DNA from: Eukaryota sp. TZLM1-RC
Lineage: Eukaryota; Protista; Metamonada: BaSk clade
NCBI GenBank assembly: GCA_040285825.1
Contig: JAUPSS010000009.1
Coordinates: 372,001-436,000, forward strand
Direction of reading: 5' to 3'
Length of the DNA stretch: 64,000 nucleotides
Part shown: piece after piece, positions 1 to 10,744 of the stretch
How positions within the stretch are numbered: the stretch's first letter is position 1
Layout of the letters: each line of letters starts with the position of its first letter
Notes under the pieces: generated by a model
What the model saw: the letters and a program-made list of their open reading frames with translations, nothing else
The model's database searches: none
What the model was told of the DNA's origin: nothing
Translations under genes and position numbers: made by a program

Positions 1-3000
1 GAAAATATTCTTACAATTCAATCCTCTCATGAGATAATCGATTGTGCCTTCTCTTATTCTGGTGATGCGGTCACTTGTCTTCTTTCAAATAACCATATCT
101 ATCTTGTAAATTTACAAAGAAACTCTTTTTATCGTACTGTACCACCAGCTTCCAGTCCTATTTGTTTACTTGCAATAAGTAAACTGTATCGCAAGAATCG
201 ACACTACATATTGGCTAGCACATCCTCTGAAGTTTACCTTTTGGATCCATGTGCCACTCCAAATGAAGAAGTTCTCACTGTTATCCCGACATCGTCCCCT
301 ACTTTATGTATCTCTTTTCATCCCTCTCAACCCTATTTTGGGGTTCTTTCATCCACATCACTTGATGTTTACAACATTTTTTCATGTACATTGGTTCAAG
401 CCATTTCAAGTTCTCTAACTTCTTCTATAAGATCTCCTTTTCTAAACTTTTGTTTTACTAATAACTTTACCTACATCATTAATAACCAAGGTATTGTTAC
501 CTTAATTACCCCCTCTTTTTCTTTGTTTGCACACCTTTCTCTCCTTGAATCACCCCCTGCTTCCCTTCGTTTACTCTGTGAACCAAGTACTTCCTTACTT
601 GTTACCTTTGTTAGCAACACTTTATATCTTTCCGATACTTCTTCTCTGTCCTCAACCTTCACTATTATTAAATCAGTAACATTTCCTTCTCTTATTACTT
701 CTTGTTGCTTTGTTTCTGGTTCCTTGGTTGTTGTTGCTTGTCAAGACGGGTTTCGTCTGCTTTCGTTTACAAATGGTAAATTCGAACTGATTTCTTTTCG
801 TGGCATTGCTCCCAAAATTGTCACTGGGGGTGGTTGCAAATTAGGAATCATTGTGGACCCTTTCTCAAGCACTGGAAATGAGTTTTATAGTTTGTATTTA
901 GTTGATGTTTTCAATTTAGTCGAAAATGATAAGAAATTTCCGACTAAAAATACCCTAAAGTCTACTCAAATTATTGGTAGCGATACTATAGAAGTTCAGG
1001 TTGATAGACCAGAATTATCAAAAAGTCAACCATTTTCTTCCACCAGTCGTCGGGTTTCTGAGCTTGGTCGTGATGTTTCTGATACTGTTGGTTCAGGTAG
1101 ACCAGAATTATCAAAAAGTCAACCATTTTCTTCCACCAGTCGTCGGGTTTCTGAGCTTGGTCGTGATGTTTCTGATACTGTTGGTTCAGGTAGACCAGAA
1201 TTATCAAAAAGTCAACCATTTTCTTCCACCAGTCGTCGGGTTTCTGAGCTTGGTCGTGATGTTTCTGATACTGTTGGTTCAGGTAGACCAGAATTATCAA
1301 AAAGTCAACCATTTTCTTCCACCAGTCGTCGGGTTTCTGAGCTTGGTCGTGATGTTTCTGATACTGTTGGTTCAGGTAGACCAGAATTATCAAAAAGTCA
1401 ACCATTTTCTTCCACCAGTCGTCGGGTTTCTGAGCTTGGTCGTGATGTTTCTGATACTCCCTCTGTTCTTCACCATTATGATGATTTATTAAATTACCTT
1501 TCTAGGAACCATCAATTTCCTGCAGACCAGCGTTCCTTTGTCTATAAGTATTTGTGTTGCTTACCACTCAATGGAGAAGCTTTTGAATCTTTGTATTCCA
1601 AAGTCGGTGCGTCCTTTGGTGGTTTACGAAAGTGCCAAAAATTAGTAAAGTTATTAGAAGCTCTCAACCCAGAACTTATCAAAATTTCTGCAGTTTTTGA
1701 TTTTTCAAAACTTTTTTCTGTTTTTAGCATCATTTTCAAGCAAGAAATAGAGTTATTTGAATTCACTCTGTTTCTTTTGTTTAACTACTGTAGAGGATTT
1801 TTCGATTACCGACCTCATATTCCAATTCATTTACTTGGATCATGCTCTTCTTTATTATTCAAAGTTAATCCTCAAGTATTTAATTTTTTGACTGAAAAAG
1901 AATTCAATGTGGCGTATTTATTTTGGAAACCTTTTTCAACTTTCTTTTCTTGTTGGTTCAATACTGATGAGGTCTTGAGAATTCTTGACCACATCTTGAC
2001 CCACAATCAAGTGTTTTTCCTTGTTTTTGCTGTTTCTTGCTATTCTATGTTAAAATCTGTTTTATTAGCACTGTCCACAAAAGAACAAGTTTTAAATGTA
2101 TTGATGAATAAACTTCCTATAGCCATTGATGATGCTATCGGAACTACTCTAAGAATTCTTGACTCAATTAACCCAACTATTTATTTTCCCCCTTTTGTAT
2201 TGAATTCGTTTTTCTATCTTCCTTCTGGTTCAGATACCTATCCAGCTTTAGCATTGGGTTCTCCTGTTGATCCTAATACTGCTCTAGAAACCTTTGAGCG
2301 GATAAGGGATGAGGAAAGTCTTTATTTGGATGATCAGTTATCTAGGTTAGAAGCTGAAGAAGTTAGAGAACGATTAGAGGAAATACAAGCCCAGAATACA
2401 AGTTATTTGAGCCAATTATCATACCTTAAAGAAATGGAAAGAGAATCTCTAAATAGATTGCAGCTTGAAGAGTCCTTCAAGCTCGCTAATCAAGCAAAGA
2501 AAGAGTCAAATGATAGACAAATGAGGTTTAGAGAGTTGGAGTTAAAAGAAGAAAGATCTTTAGCCATGGTAAAGACTCTTCAGGAATCTAGACAGCAAGG
2601 CTTGAATTACCTTGACCAAAAAGTTTCTGATCTACGAAGATTTAACAACCTCCAAGTGGAATCAAGAAGCGAAGAAGAAGCGTTGAGGAAAGCTCAATTA
2701 GATGTATTACAACGTGGAATTGATAGAGATAAGGAGATAGCCAGAGAAGCTTATGAAAGAAAGACAAAAGCAATGATTGACTCTGCAGCTCAAAAAAGGC
2801 AGGATGGTCAAAATGAAATGATTGAAAAGCTCAGACAGGAAGATGAATTGAGAGCGGTCAGATTAAAAGCTGCAGCAGAAAGAAGAAGGAACCTCACTCA
2901 ACAAGAACAAGATCTGGAACAAGAAATTCAAATTGAACATGACCTTCTCAAGGCTGAATTGGAAAGAAGAGCCATGGAGAGGAAGATTGAAAGTGAAGGA

Positions 3001-4110
3001 AGAACTAGAAGAGAAGAGGAGGAAGAAATGTTGTTAACAGAAAAAGCAATGGATCAGAACAGAAGGCGATTAGAATTGATTAAAAAGACTGAGCAAGAAA
3101 ATATGAATGAAATTTTGGAACAACGAACGAAAATTCATGATGAAGAGCTTAAAGAAAGGAAAAGAATTCTTGATCAAGAAAAACAACGAAGGCTCTTGGA
3201 GCTTGAGCAACAGTCTGCTGACCTTGAAAGAGGCGAAAGTGAATTAAAAAGGAGGTTATGGGAGACTGAAATAAGAGAAGAACTCAAGGTAGCTGAAGAA
3301 TCGGAGCAAAAAGAGGAAGAGCGGCTGAAAGAAGCCTTACTTGAGTTTGAAATGGCACGGAAAAGGGATAGAATGAAGGTTTCAGATGTTAGAAGGGTTC
3401 AAGAAGAGCTCAAAAATAGACTTGATTTTGAACGGGAAATTTTGAGGGAAAGTGCAAATATTCGTGCACAAGAACGTGATACTTTTGACCGTTTCCGAAG
3501 AGATTTAAGGACCAGAACCGATGCTGAATTGGTCGAAATTCAACGTCGACACTCTCATGCTCTGGAGATGCTTAAATTAGAACGTGAAAAGAAATTAATG
3601 GAGCTTCCTGATGAAGAAAGAAGGAAAGTTTACAGGGAGATGTTACCCAAATTGGAAGAAGAGAGGAAAAGACTCGCAGTGCATCTGTCCACTGCCAAGG
3701 AAACCCATCAAGAAGCTCTTCAAGAGGTTCTACCTTCCCCATCGGCCTATTCTACAATGTCAACACCTCAGTCTACTGTAAGTACTATATCCCCTACCTC
3801 TGAGTCATCTGAAATGCCAAATACCACTCCTTTTCAATTAGTTGATGTCACTGCTCCTCCTGAATCAAATACTCAATTTAGGCCTCAAAGAGTTGTTTAT
3901 CCAGTCAGTTCAAGCTCCGACAGTCGACGAACGAGAAGATTTTTCTTGGGTAGTGGTCAAGGTACCAGCAGCCAGTATTCGGAACCTTCTGTACAAGATA
4001 CAAGTTCGTTTGAAGGACCAGGAGTACGAGCGTCTAGGTTCCTAGATCAGTTAAGAAAAGAAGCCCAACAAGCCCTACATTCGGAATCTTTGGGCTCTGA
4101 GTTGAGTTGA
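1..4110 (+). CDS. TBC1D31: TBC1D31/WDR67-like protein (WD40-like N-terminus, Rab-GAP TBC-like domain, long coiled coil); 5'-partial
   Basis: Frame 1 is open from base 1 to TGA at 4108-4110. LLNYLSRNHQFPADQRSFVYKYLCCLPLNGEAFESL resembles the start of the TBC1D31 TBC domain. It is preceded by a beta-rich region and followed by an E/R/K coiled coil. Confidence 0.72.
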   Translation, partial: ENILTIQSSHEIIDCAFSYSGDAVTCLLSNNHIYLVNLQRNSFYRTVPPASSPICLLAISKLYRKNRHYILASTSSEVYLLDPCATPNEEVLTVIPTSSPTLCISFHPSQPYFGVLSSTSLDVYNIFSCTLVQAISSSLTSSIRSPFLNFCFTNNFTYIINNQGIVTLITPSFSLFAHLSLLESPPASLRLLCEPSTSLLVTFVSNTLYLSDTSSLSSTFTIIKSVTFPSLITSCCFVSGSLVVVACQDGFRLLSFTNGKFELISFRGIAPKIVTGGGCKLGIIVDPFSSTGNEFYSLYLVDVFNLVENDKKFPTKNTLKSTQIIGSDTIEVQVDRPELSKSQPFSSTSRRVSELGRDVSDTVGSGRPELSKSQPFSSTSRRVSELGRDVSDTVGSGRPELSKSQPFSSTSRRVSELGRDVSDTVGSGRPELSKSQPFSSTSRRVSELGRDVSDTVGSGRPELSKSQPFSSTSRRVSELGRDVSDTPSVLHHYDDLLNYLSRNHQFPADQRSFVYKYLCCLPLNGEAFESLYSKVGASFGGLRKCQKLVKLLEALNPELIKISAVFDFSKLFSVFSIIFKQEIELFEFTLFLLFNYCRGFFDYRPHIPIHLLGSCSSLLFKVNPQVFNFLTEKEFNVAYLFWKPFSTFFSCWFNTDEVLRILDHILTHNQVFFLVFAVSCYSMLKSVLLALSTKEQVLNVLMNKLPIAIDDAIGTTLRILDSINPTIYFPPFVLNSFFYLPSGSDTYPALALGSPVDPNTALETFERIRDEESLYLDDQLSRLEAEEVRERLEEIQAQNTSYLSQLSYLKEMERESLNRLQLEESFKLANQAKKESNDRQMRFRELELKEERSLAMVKTLQESRQQGLNYLDQKVSDLRRFNNLQVESRSEEEALRKAQLDVLQRGIDRDKEIAREAYERKTKAMIDSAAQKRQDGQNEMIEKLRQEDELRAVRLKAAAERRRNLTQQEQDLEQEIQIEHDLLKAELERRAMERKIESEGRTRREEEEEMLLTEKAMDQNRRRLELIKKTEQENMNEILEQRTKIHDEELKERKRILDQEKQRRLLELEQQSADLERGESELKRRLWETEIREELKVAEESEQKEEERLKEALLEFEMARKRDRMKVSDVRRVQEELKNRLDFEREILRESANIRAQERDTFDRFRRDLRTRTDAELVEIQRRHSHALEMLKLEREKKLMELPDEERRKVYREMLPKLEEERKRLAVHLSTAKETHQEALQEVLPSPSAYSTMSTPQSTVSTISPTSESSEMPNTTPFQLVDVTAPPESNTQFRPQRVVYPVSSSSDSRRTRRFFLGSGQGTSSQYSEPSVQDTSSFEGPGVRASRFLDQLRKEAQQALHSESLGSELS
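1005..1458 (+). repeat. In-frame 93-bp tandem repeat, about 4.9 identical copies (31 aa unit RPELSKSQPFSSTSRRVSELGRDVSDTVGSG)
   Basis: Units start at 1005, 1098, 1191, 1284 and 1377. Confidence 0.97.
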
Positions 4111-4181
4111 TGGTGATTTTGCTTTGGTGGTTTGTTTTTTAGTTGGTGATTTTGCTTTGGTGGTTTGTTTTTTAGTTGGTG
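4111..4181 (+). repeat. 33-bp tandem duplication immediately after the stop codon
   Basis: TGGTGATTTTGCTTTGGTGGTTTGTTTTTTAGT occurs twice, followed by TGGTG. Confidence 0.9.
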
Positions 4182-4689
4182 TTTTTGTATTCTATTATAT
4201 GTTGTATTGATTTAATTGATATGTTTACATTTGATTTTTGAGTTTCAAAATTTGTTCTAGAAAGAGTTATAAAGTTATTTCTTTTATCTTGTATTGAGTT
4301 TTTTGTTAAGTTTGTTGGAGTTTAATCAACAATATGCATTTTTGAGAGTCTCTTAGGACTTAAGAACAGCAATTACTGGTGGTCCCACGTGGTCTTTGAT
4401 AAATCCATTCTCGTCCAAAAATGCCCGTTTTGTCACAAAAAACAGCAGCAGTTTTCGTACTGCATGTTCCTACTAGTGTTCATTGCGGGCTGACAGATCA
4501 TTCGCTAAAGTAAACGTCGACGTTATTTGTCCTCTCCCTGAAGACCAAGACGACCACATATACAACCACCAAATACATCAGAAATAATGACAACTTCTTG
4601 GTTATTGACCCATTATAATTGTTCTTCATACATGAGTTTTTGCAAGTCTTCAACCTCTTTTCCCTCATCTAATTCAGCTTTTGAGTAAT

Positions 4690-5170
4690 TTTTCAAGTGG
4701 AAGTTCATTTTTTGTTTTCGTTTCAATATCAAATGCAACAACTGTCCTTGGAATTCTACTATCATTCAGTTCAGCAATATTGTTTATTGTTATCATCAGT
4801 TTTTTAGCATTGTTGGCTTTTCTTGTTCTTTGTTTTTCCCACTGGTCTTGGGTTTTTTGGACTGAAGATCAATTTTTGGGGTTTTGACATCAATTCGATG
4901 TATAGCTCAGGTATTTAAAATAACACCTTCTTTTGAATTTTTGAGCAGTAATTTCTCAGCTGACCATAAAGCCCTTTGAGTCATATGAAGATTAAGTTTA
5001 CGTCGCTTCTGCCTGGCAGAAAGATTTGATGGTAAACTTTTATTGAATTTTTTGAATATTACATTTTGTTCTGTATTAATTGGTACAGAAGTTGAAACAC
5101 TGCTATGTGAATGGCTACTTTTATGTATAGTGTTGGGTTTTCTAGTTTTTGAGGTAATTTTTGTTAAACG
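4690..5170 (-). mobile_element. Degenerate copy of a dispersed repeat family also at 11440-12495; carries a DEDD-exonuclease-like motif
   Basis: 4770-5150 is clearly homologous to 11595-11930 (SSHSHSS.STS.PINTEQNVIFKKF...KNSKEGVILNT). This copy continues as NNIAELNDSRIPRTVVAFDIETKT. Stops and frameshifts are present. Confidence 0.6.
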
Positions 5171-5177
5171 CAAATAT

Positions 5178-5310
5178 TACATTTCTACATCCACCGATAA
5201 AGCACATGAAGTAAGAATAGAGGCCTTGGTCCAACATAAACCGCCAAAATGTGGACTAAGGTAAGCATGATCAACAATTTGGGACATTTTATATCCCAGT
5301 AATTCATAAC
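5178..5310 (-). mobile_element. Short RT-thumb fragment of CRE-like non-LTR subfamily A
   Basis: Homologous to 53370-53495 (DHAYLSP.FGG...TKASILTSCA). Confidence 0.7.
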
Positions 5311-5320
5311 TTTTTGCTTA

Positions 5321-6502
5321 ATGTTTACTTATATCCTCTTCTTATCACTCTTATGCTCTTTTGTAACTACTTCTACTCGATTTGTCCTCTCTGACAGTCT
5401 TTATATTGAAGCTGAGTTACCTGGCCTTCACGATGACCGAATAGTTCATGTAGTCACTGGCCAAGTGGACGAGAACTCTCACATTGATGCTATTTTGTTC
5501 TATGTATCAGACAGACTTCGTTCTGGCAATATGGACATGGTTGATTTTCGTTCGTCTTCTTATGACCACACCTTGGTATTTAAACATAGAGTCTTTTATG
5601 ACATTGTATCCGGACCACGTATTTGGCAAGGACCTCAAGGCTTTCATCCCATCAAAAGCACAGGGTATTCTGAGGTTTTTGATTCCATCACTATTTCATC
5701 AGACCGGCACCGTGAATCATGTCGCAGCGGTGGCTGGTCTTATGGTCGTTGGTTTTATAAAGATTGGGCTGATTCACAGGCTTTTGTTGCTACTGACATC
5801 AATAACAATGGTAAACTTGATGTAGTTATTGTCTCAGCAACTGGAAGCTGTGATTTTGACCATTGTTCTAACCCCTACATGGGAACTGTCTATTGCAGTC
5901 GTCTGGGAAGGAATCCCCACATCAATGTCAAAGCTTGGATTCTATACGACGTTCAACCTGATGGTAGCTTTACCAGCATGGTTGAGGGAGATGACGTAGT
6001 ATTCAACACTACCAGCATTGGTGCAAGACAGCAAAGAGTGGGTGTGACTGCTTCTGTTCAGGCCAGTAATGAATGTGGGAGTAGCCATCTACTCACTATC
6101 TTCCATGGTCAGACTATGATGAAATTCTGTTTGTCTGGTGACGCTACCCTCAACGCGATTCAGCAAGGACGGGTTAATGTACCTTCTGTTTCCCCCTATT
6201 CAACCAGTACTTTTTTGAACTTAAAAGGAGAACTACATTATTTATTGGTTAATAGAGGTGGCGAGTGGTTTCTAAACAATATTGATTTTTCCAAAACATA
6301 TGATGGGACTTTTCAATTGGACAATGCAGCCAGCATTGCTGTAACAGGTGTGGACTTTGATGGTGATGAGGTTGATGACTTGATTGTTGTTGATTGTCCT
6401 AGCACAGGTTTTAGATGTAGAATTAGGCATGGAACCTTGTTTTCTGATGATTATGTTGACTATAAGCTTATAGATGAGAATTTTATCAATGAATTAATCT
6501 AA
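5321..6502 (+). CDS. Secreted FG-GAP/VCBS-repeat (integrin-alpha-like Ca-binding loop) protein
   Basis: Hydrophobic signal peptide MFTYILFLSLLCSFV; DxxxDG-type loops TDINNNGKLDVVIV, VDFDGDEVDDLIV and QVDENSHIDAIL; Cys-rich; intact 393-aa ORF. Confidence 0.65.
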   Translation: MFTYILFLSLLCSFVTTSTRFVLSDSLYIEAELPGLHDDRIVHVVTGQVDENSHIDAILFYVSDRLRSGNMDMVDFRSSSYDHTLVFKHRVFYDIVSGPRIWQGPQGFHPIKSTGYSEVFDSITISSDRHRESCRSGGWSYGRWFYKDWADSQAFVATDINNNGKLDVVIVSATGSCDFDHCSNPYMGTVYCSRLGRNPHINVKAWILYDVQPDGSFTSMVEGDDVVFNTTSIGARQQRVGVTASVQASNECGSSHLLTIFHGQTMMKFCLSGDATLNAIQQGRVNVPSVSPYSTSTFLNLKGELHYLLVNRGGEWFLNNIDFSKTYDGTFQLDNAASIAVTGVDFDGDEVDDLIVVDCPSTGFRCRIRHGTLFSDDYVDYKLIDENFINELI

Positions 6503-6559
6503 TTTGTAGTTAATTTTGCTATTGTAATGGTTTTAAGTGTTGGTGTTGGTTAACATTGT

Positions 6560-6945
6560 ACATTTGTAAAATAGAGCGGTCAAGAGGTACTTTTTATCAA
6601 ATTGTTCTACGTCCAGATAACTGGATTTTCACAGAGATAATCAAATCTTATAGATCATCAAAATGCCTCTACAAGGGATTTGTTTCTTTAGATTCCAATT
6701 TTGTATAGTTCTTAAATTTTGTTTTTCAAGGATTTGAACGTAATCAACATCATAATCATATTTTTTGGCCATTAAATCATTTTTTATGCTCTTCTTTTTT
6801 CGTTTGAAATTTTTATAAGCATTCGGATCCTTTGAATCAACATTTCGTATTCCCCTCTTCGAATGTTTTGCACACAAGCAGCACAACTTTTACTGATGCG
6901 GTACTCATCTACCAAGTACACTTTGATGTTAGCATTTATTTATTT
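6560..6945 (-). pseudogene. Fanzor1/TnpB-like relic: rearranged RuvC-II Glu, Zn-finger first half and C-terminus
   Basis: The minus strand reads NANIKVYLVDEYRISKSCAAC (E at 6904-6906). After frameshifts it reads KQIPCRGIL and then IRFDYLC. The second CxxC/NRD segment is missing. Confidence 0.62.
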
Positions 6946-6959
6946 TATAGCAATTCGTA

Positions 6960-7330
6960 GTAAATATAAAGCAAAATTGGTTTCCTTGATTGCTGAATCT
7001 CACACTCATTGTGTCCTTTGTCCTTTTGCTTTTTCCATACATGGTACCCTCGGACCACTTGTTTTATCTTTTTTGGATGATTTTGTTGAAATTGTAAAAC
7101 AACGTACAGGAAGAATTGTTGACAAAACGTTTTTGCAGAACAGAATTGTATTTTCAATTTTTAAAGGTGCTGTCCCGTTATTGTCTTCAGCTTTATTATC
7201 TCTTGGTTGCTTCTATGAAGGAAAAACTTCCAGTCAATTTTTGTTGACTGATTTGAGATATAAAGATTTAGAATTTTAATTTTTGTGTTTAGTTTTTGAA
7301 AGTAATAAATTAAAATTTTTTCTAAAAAAA
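6960..7330 (+). mobile_element. 5'-truncated CRE-like non-LTR retrotransposon, subfamily B (RLE C-terminus)
   Basis: KY...CPFAFSIHGTLGP...KDLEF*, then AATAAA and an A-tail; homologous to 17876-18477. Confidence 0.85.
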
Positions 7331-7334
7331 TCCT

Positions 7335-7790
7335 TTTTCAATCATTCGGAGGCAATATTCTTAAAAAAATTATCTGAATTTAAAATACACATTCTTTGAA
7401 CATTCCAAAAACGAATGACCAAAATGTATGAAGATGATCTTTTGCAAAATTTATGCAGTTCGATTGTTCTTTGTATGAAGATGTTCATTCATTATTATTA
7501 GAAAAAGGTGTGTACGAGAACAAACCGTCAGTTTCATCACTAGTTATCAACATTGTGCCATGAAGGTTTGGGCTATATGCCTATAATGAAGCTGTTGTAA
7601 CAAAAATGAGATTAAACCTGAATATTCCCTTTGACCGTCTTATATTGAAAAACATGTACTGTATTGACTACAGCTCATTTTGCGCCATGCTCTGAATTGT
7701 TCTAAACTGATAATTTATCGTTTTTCATCACCTGATGCTGTCAGAGACACTCTTTCAATATGGCAAGAAATGCAAGAATTCCAAACACAT
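7335..7790 (+). mobile_element. Degenerate subfamily-A-like non-LTR fragment (thumb to Zn finger)
   Basis: Homologous to 43530-43880 (RHALNCSKLI.YR...DAVRD). Confidence 0.75.
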
Positions 7791-8530
7791 TGAATTCGAA
7801 CAAATACATTTTTCTTTAAATAATAATTGGTTAATGGGAATATTCAAATATAAATTCATTTTTGTTACAAACGCTTTATTAGTAGCACACAGTCCAAATC
7901 TTTGTGGTACAATGGTCACAAACATTGAAGAATCTCATGACTGGTTTTCACAAACACCTTTTTTCCAATAACAATGAGTGAAGATCTTGATTTAAAACAG
8001 CCGAGCTGCATTTATTTTTATAAAGATGATTTTCATACATTCCAGTCAATCGTTTCTGTAATGTTTGAAGAGTGTAATTCAAATTTTTATAATTCTTTTC
8101 GGGTATATTGCCATTGAGTGATTGGAAAAGTATCGATTCCATTTTCTACAATTATTGAAATTTCTTCAGTAAACATTTTCCCCAACTTTCTTCAGAGATA
8201 AGAGGATTTGTAGAACGAAATATATGATTAAAGTTGCAACTAAAACATAGTCATATATTGGTAAATTTAATTTGTTTCTGTACATCTAAAATCATCATTT
8301 GGTCAATTTTCTCGGATAGTAATTTCAATTTATCAAACAATTCATTGGTAACTTCATCATTATTTCCTAAAAAGGAACCACAATGACGAATAGCATCAGT
8401 TGAATATAACTTCCCTTGAATTTCAATTCCATCAACTATTGTTGAAACTGGAGAATTTGAAAGTAAAAGACATTTAACACATTTTTTGATTAACTCTCTT
8501 CTTTTAGTGAAATTTTCTGAATCTTTAGTC
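7791..8530 (-). mobile_element. Degenerate subfamily-A non-LTR fragment (RT C-terminus/thumb), convergent with the previous copy
   Basis: Homologous to 52915-53290; carries the RT domain-7 motif IRHCGSFLG. Confidence 0.8.
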
Positions 8531-8723
8531 ATTAATTGTCTCGATGTGAAAGAGGCAGATTTTGGAGGCGTGGAGCTTTAGTTTTGTATTTGATGATTTT
8601 TTATTCCTTATTCGATAAATAAATAAAAAAGGCAAAATTGAAATACTATAAGTTTGAAATTGGACACAATTCCCCTTAGCCCAATTTTGCTCAACCCTCT
8701 CCCTCCATTTCAATACTGTAACA

Positions 8724-9491
8724 ATGAAACCTCACATCCTACCCCTTGAACCAGGGGCTGAAGTGGAACCACGATCTTCGTTTTTTTCATTATCTTCTGC
8801 TATCTATGCTGTTCTTTCCCTGGAAGGCGATGTAGTATCATTGTGTGGCTCAGCGATTGCCATATCAGAGAGACATCTTATTACTTTCTCTAGCACTTTG
8901 TCACGTGTATCATCTGATTCACTCAACATCAGTGTCACTAATCATCCCCAACTTCGAGGCCAATTACTATCTGTCCAAGTGAAAGCCATAGGACGATCGA
9001 ATGTATTGAATCACGTACCATCTGACGTTCAATGCCTCATTCCTAAAGTATTGAAAGTTGATTCTCAAAATAGAAACGTAGATGATTTGATGCTTTTACA
9101 AGCTGCTAAAGAGGAGATTCTCACCCCAATTTCCCAAGAACTCGTCACGAACCAATTTACCACCTCCCCAACTGAGTCAACCCCACCCAAAGTTTCTGTA
9201 ATTGGTTATTCCAGTCCCTTTGCAGTGACCACTGATGAATTTTCTAGAGAAAGTCAAGAGGCTATGTTGGACTTTATCAAGTGTCTTAGGGGACATCCCC
9301 GTAAGATGTTCTTTGATGATATTTTAGTTGAGAAGGACGATGAAGGCAGGTTATGCCTCTTGAACTTTGTACCCGATGTGCATCTTACCGGTGGTGTCGT
9401 AGTTGTGAAGAGTGGAGGTATCAGAGCTATTGGTCTTGTAAATGATGTTTCCAGAGGTTTAGTTTTTGTTAGCTTTTGGAATTTTGTATAA
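8724..9491 (+). CDS. Trypsin-fold (S1/Trypsin_2-like) protein lacking the catalytic His and Ser
   Basis: CGSAIAISERHLITFSS (the xTAAH position), DDLMLLQ (Asp motif), VSVIGY, and VHLTGGVVV (the GDSGGP position). Confidence 0.55.
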   Translation: MKPHILPLEPGAEVEPRSSFFSLSSAIYAVLSLEGDVVSLCGSAIAISERHLITFSSTLSRVSSDSLNISVTNHPQLRGQLLSVQVKAIGRSNVLNHVPSDVQCLIPKVLKVDSQNRNVDDLMLLQAAKEEILTPISQELVTNQFTTSPTESTPPKVSVIGYSSPFAVTTDEFSRESQEAMLDFIKCLRGHPRKMFFDDILVEKDDEGRLCLLNFVPDVHLTGGVVVVKSGGIRAIGLVNDVSRGLVFVSFWNFV

Positions 9492-10229
9492 ATTTTGTTT
9501 GAAAATTTTGCTGTTGATGACAAAGTGCAGAGCATTTGATAGAACAAAAAACACTTTTACCATAATTTTCATTCGTATCGCATGAAATTTGTGTCTCACC
9601 AATCTTTCACCACTTCACCAGTGCAACATTCAACCAACAATAAACCTGAGCATAACCTCATATATTTCACTTTTTAATGATCTCGGTAAGGTCATAGTAC
9701 TGTTGTGATCCGCGTTGATTTGATCCAGTGGCCTGTTTTGTTGTTTATTATCTATTGATTCCATCATTACAACTGTTGTTCATTGGAAGTTTCAAGAACA
9801 ACCAGTTAATTGATTATGAATTAGAAACAAAATTCACCATTACATTCAAATCAAACACAAACACAATTTTGCTCAAACAACAAAGAGTAAACTTGCTTCC
9901 ACTTCCGCCGTAAATAACCAAATTAGGTAAATAACAATGCTTAATTCATCAAGCAAATACAAAACGTCTCACCTGCTGACGTGTCACCTGCTGAGCTTCG
10001 CCATGATAGTTTGTGATCGTTGAATGAATGTTCAGTATGAGAAGAAAGGGAAGAAATGATAGAAAAATCAATAGACATATCCTTCCAAGTAATCTCTCAC
10101 TTCAATTTAGACCAGAAAAAGGGCAATTCCTTTGAACAAAAGTTTTATTATAAAATAAAAATTAATGAAAAACATAGAAATAAATTACAATATTTGAATC
10201 TTCAACAGATATTTTGAAACTACAACGTG

Positions 10230-10694
10230 TTATTCACGGAGACCAAGTTTCAAAAACTCCTTATCAAAGGTCTTCAACATCTCTCCTCTACAAGAGCTGA
10301 GAATAGGCTGAAATTGAACCCCAGATATACATTGAGAGGGATTGAATGAGTCCTTGTAGGTGGAGCAACACCCTTCATCTTCAAATTGAATGTTGGTATG
10401 AAAGCTATCAGAACCAGGTCTTGGCAATTTGTGATTAGCAGAAACACTATCATTCAAGGATCTGGAATTTGGGGCAACATCTGATAAATCACCTGTTAGG
10501 TGACGAATTTGATCGAAAGTACCATCATTACTTTTGATAACACGATGTGCACATGTAACAGTAGAAGTGGTTGGACTAGATGGCATAGTGGTAGAGCATG
10601 AAGTTTTGGGTTGAGGTAGGTTCTTTAAGTAGTCTTCATGCCAGTTGTCCATACGACAAGTGCTGTTATAAGAGTTGGGAACAAAGAACGACAT
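10230..10694 (-). CDS. Small putative axonemal microtubule-inner protein with an N-terminal NWE-type motif (CFAP68/95/107-like)
   Basis: YNSTCRMDNWHED near the N-terminus and STYKDSF later; intact 154-aa ORF. Confidence 0.45.
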   Translation of the reverse strand: MSFFVPNSYNSTCRMDNWHEDYLKNLPQPKTSCSTTMPSSPTTSTVTCAHRVIKSNDGTFDQIRHLTGDLSDVAPNSRSLNDSVSANHKLPRPGSDSFHTNIQFEDEGCCSTYKDSFNPSQCISGVQFQPILSSCRGEMLKTFDKEFLKLGLRE

Positions 10695-10744
10695 TGCTAA
10701 TGTCTTTTAATCAAATGAAACATTAAAATAGTTTTGGTTTTCAC

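Noticed and set aside
986-1492. Overlapping ORFs 986-1405 (-) and 1001-1492 (+), and a CRISPR-like look
   Set aside because: By-products of the stop-free 93-bp tandem repeat; there are no unique spacers.
4455-4500. VSPQ.TSRTCS-like TnpB motif on the minus strand
   Set aside because: Requires two frameshifts in ~30 nt and has no second Cys.
7335-8110. Long imperfect inverted repeat suggesting a foldback element or twin priming
   Set aside because: The arms are two substantially diverged retrotransposon copies in opposite orientation.
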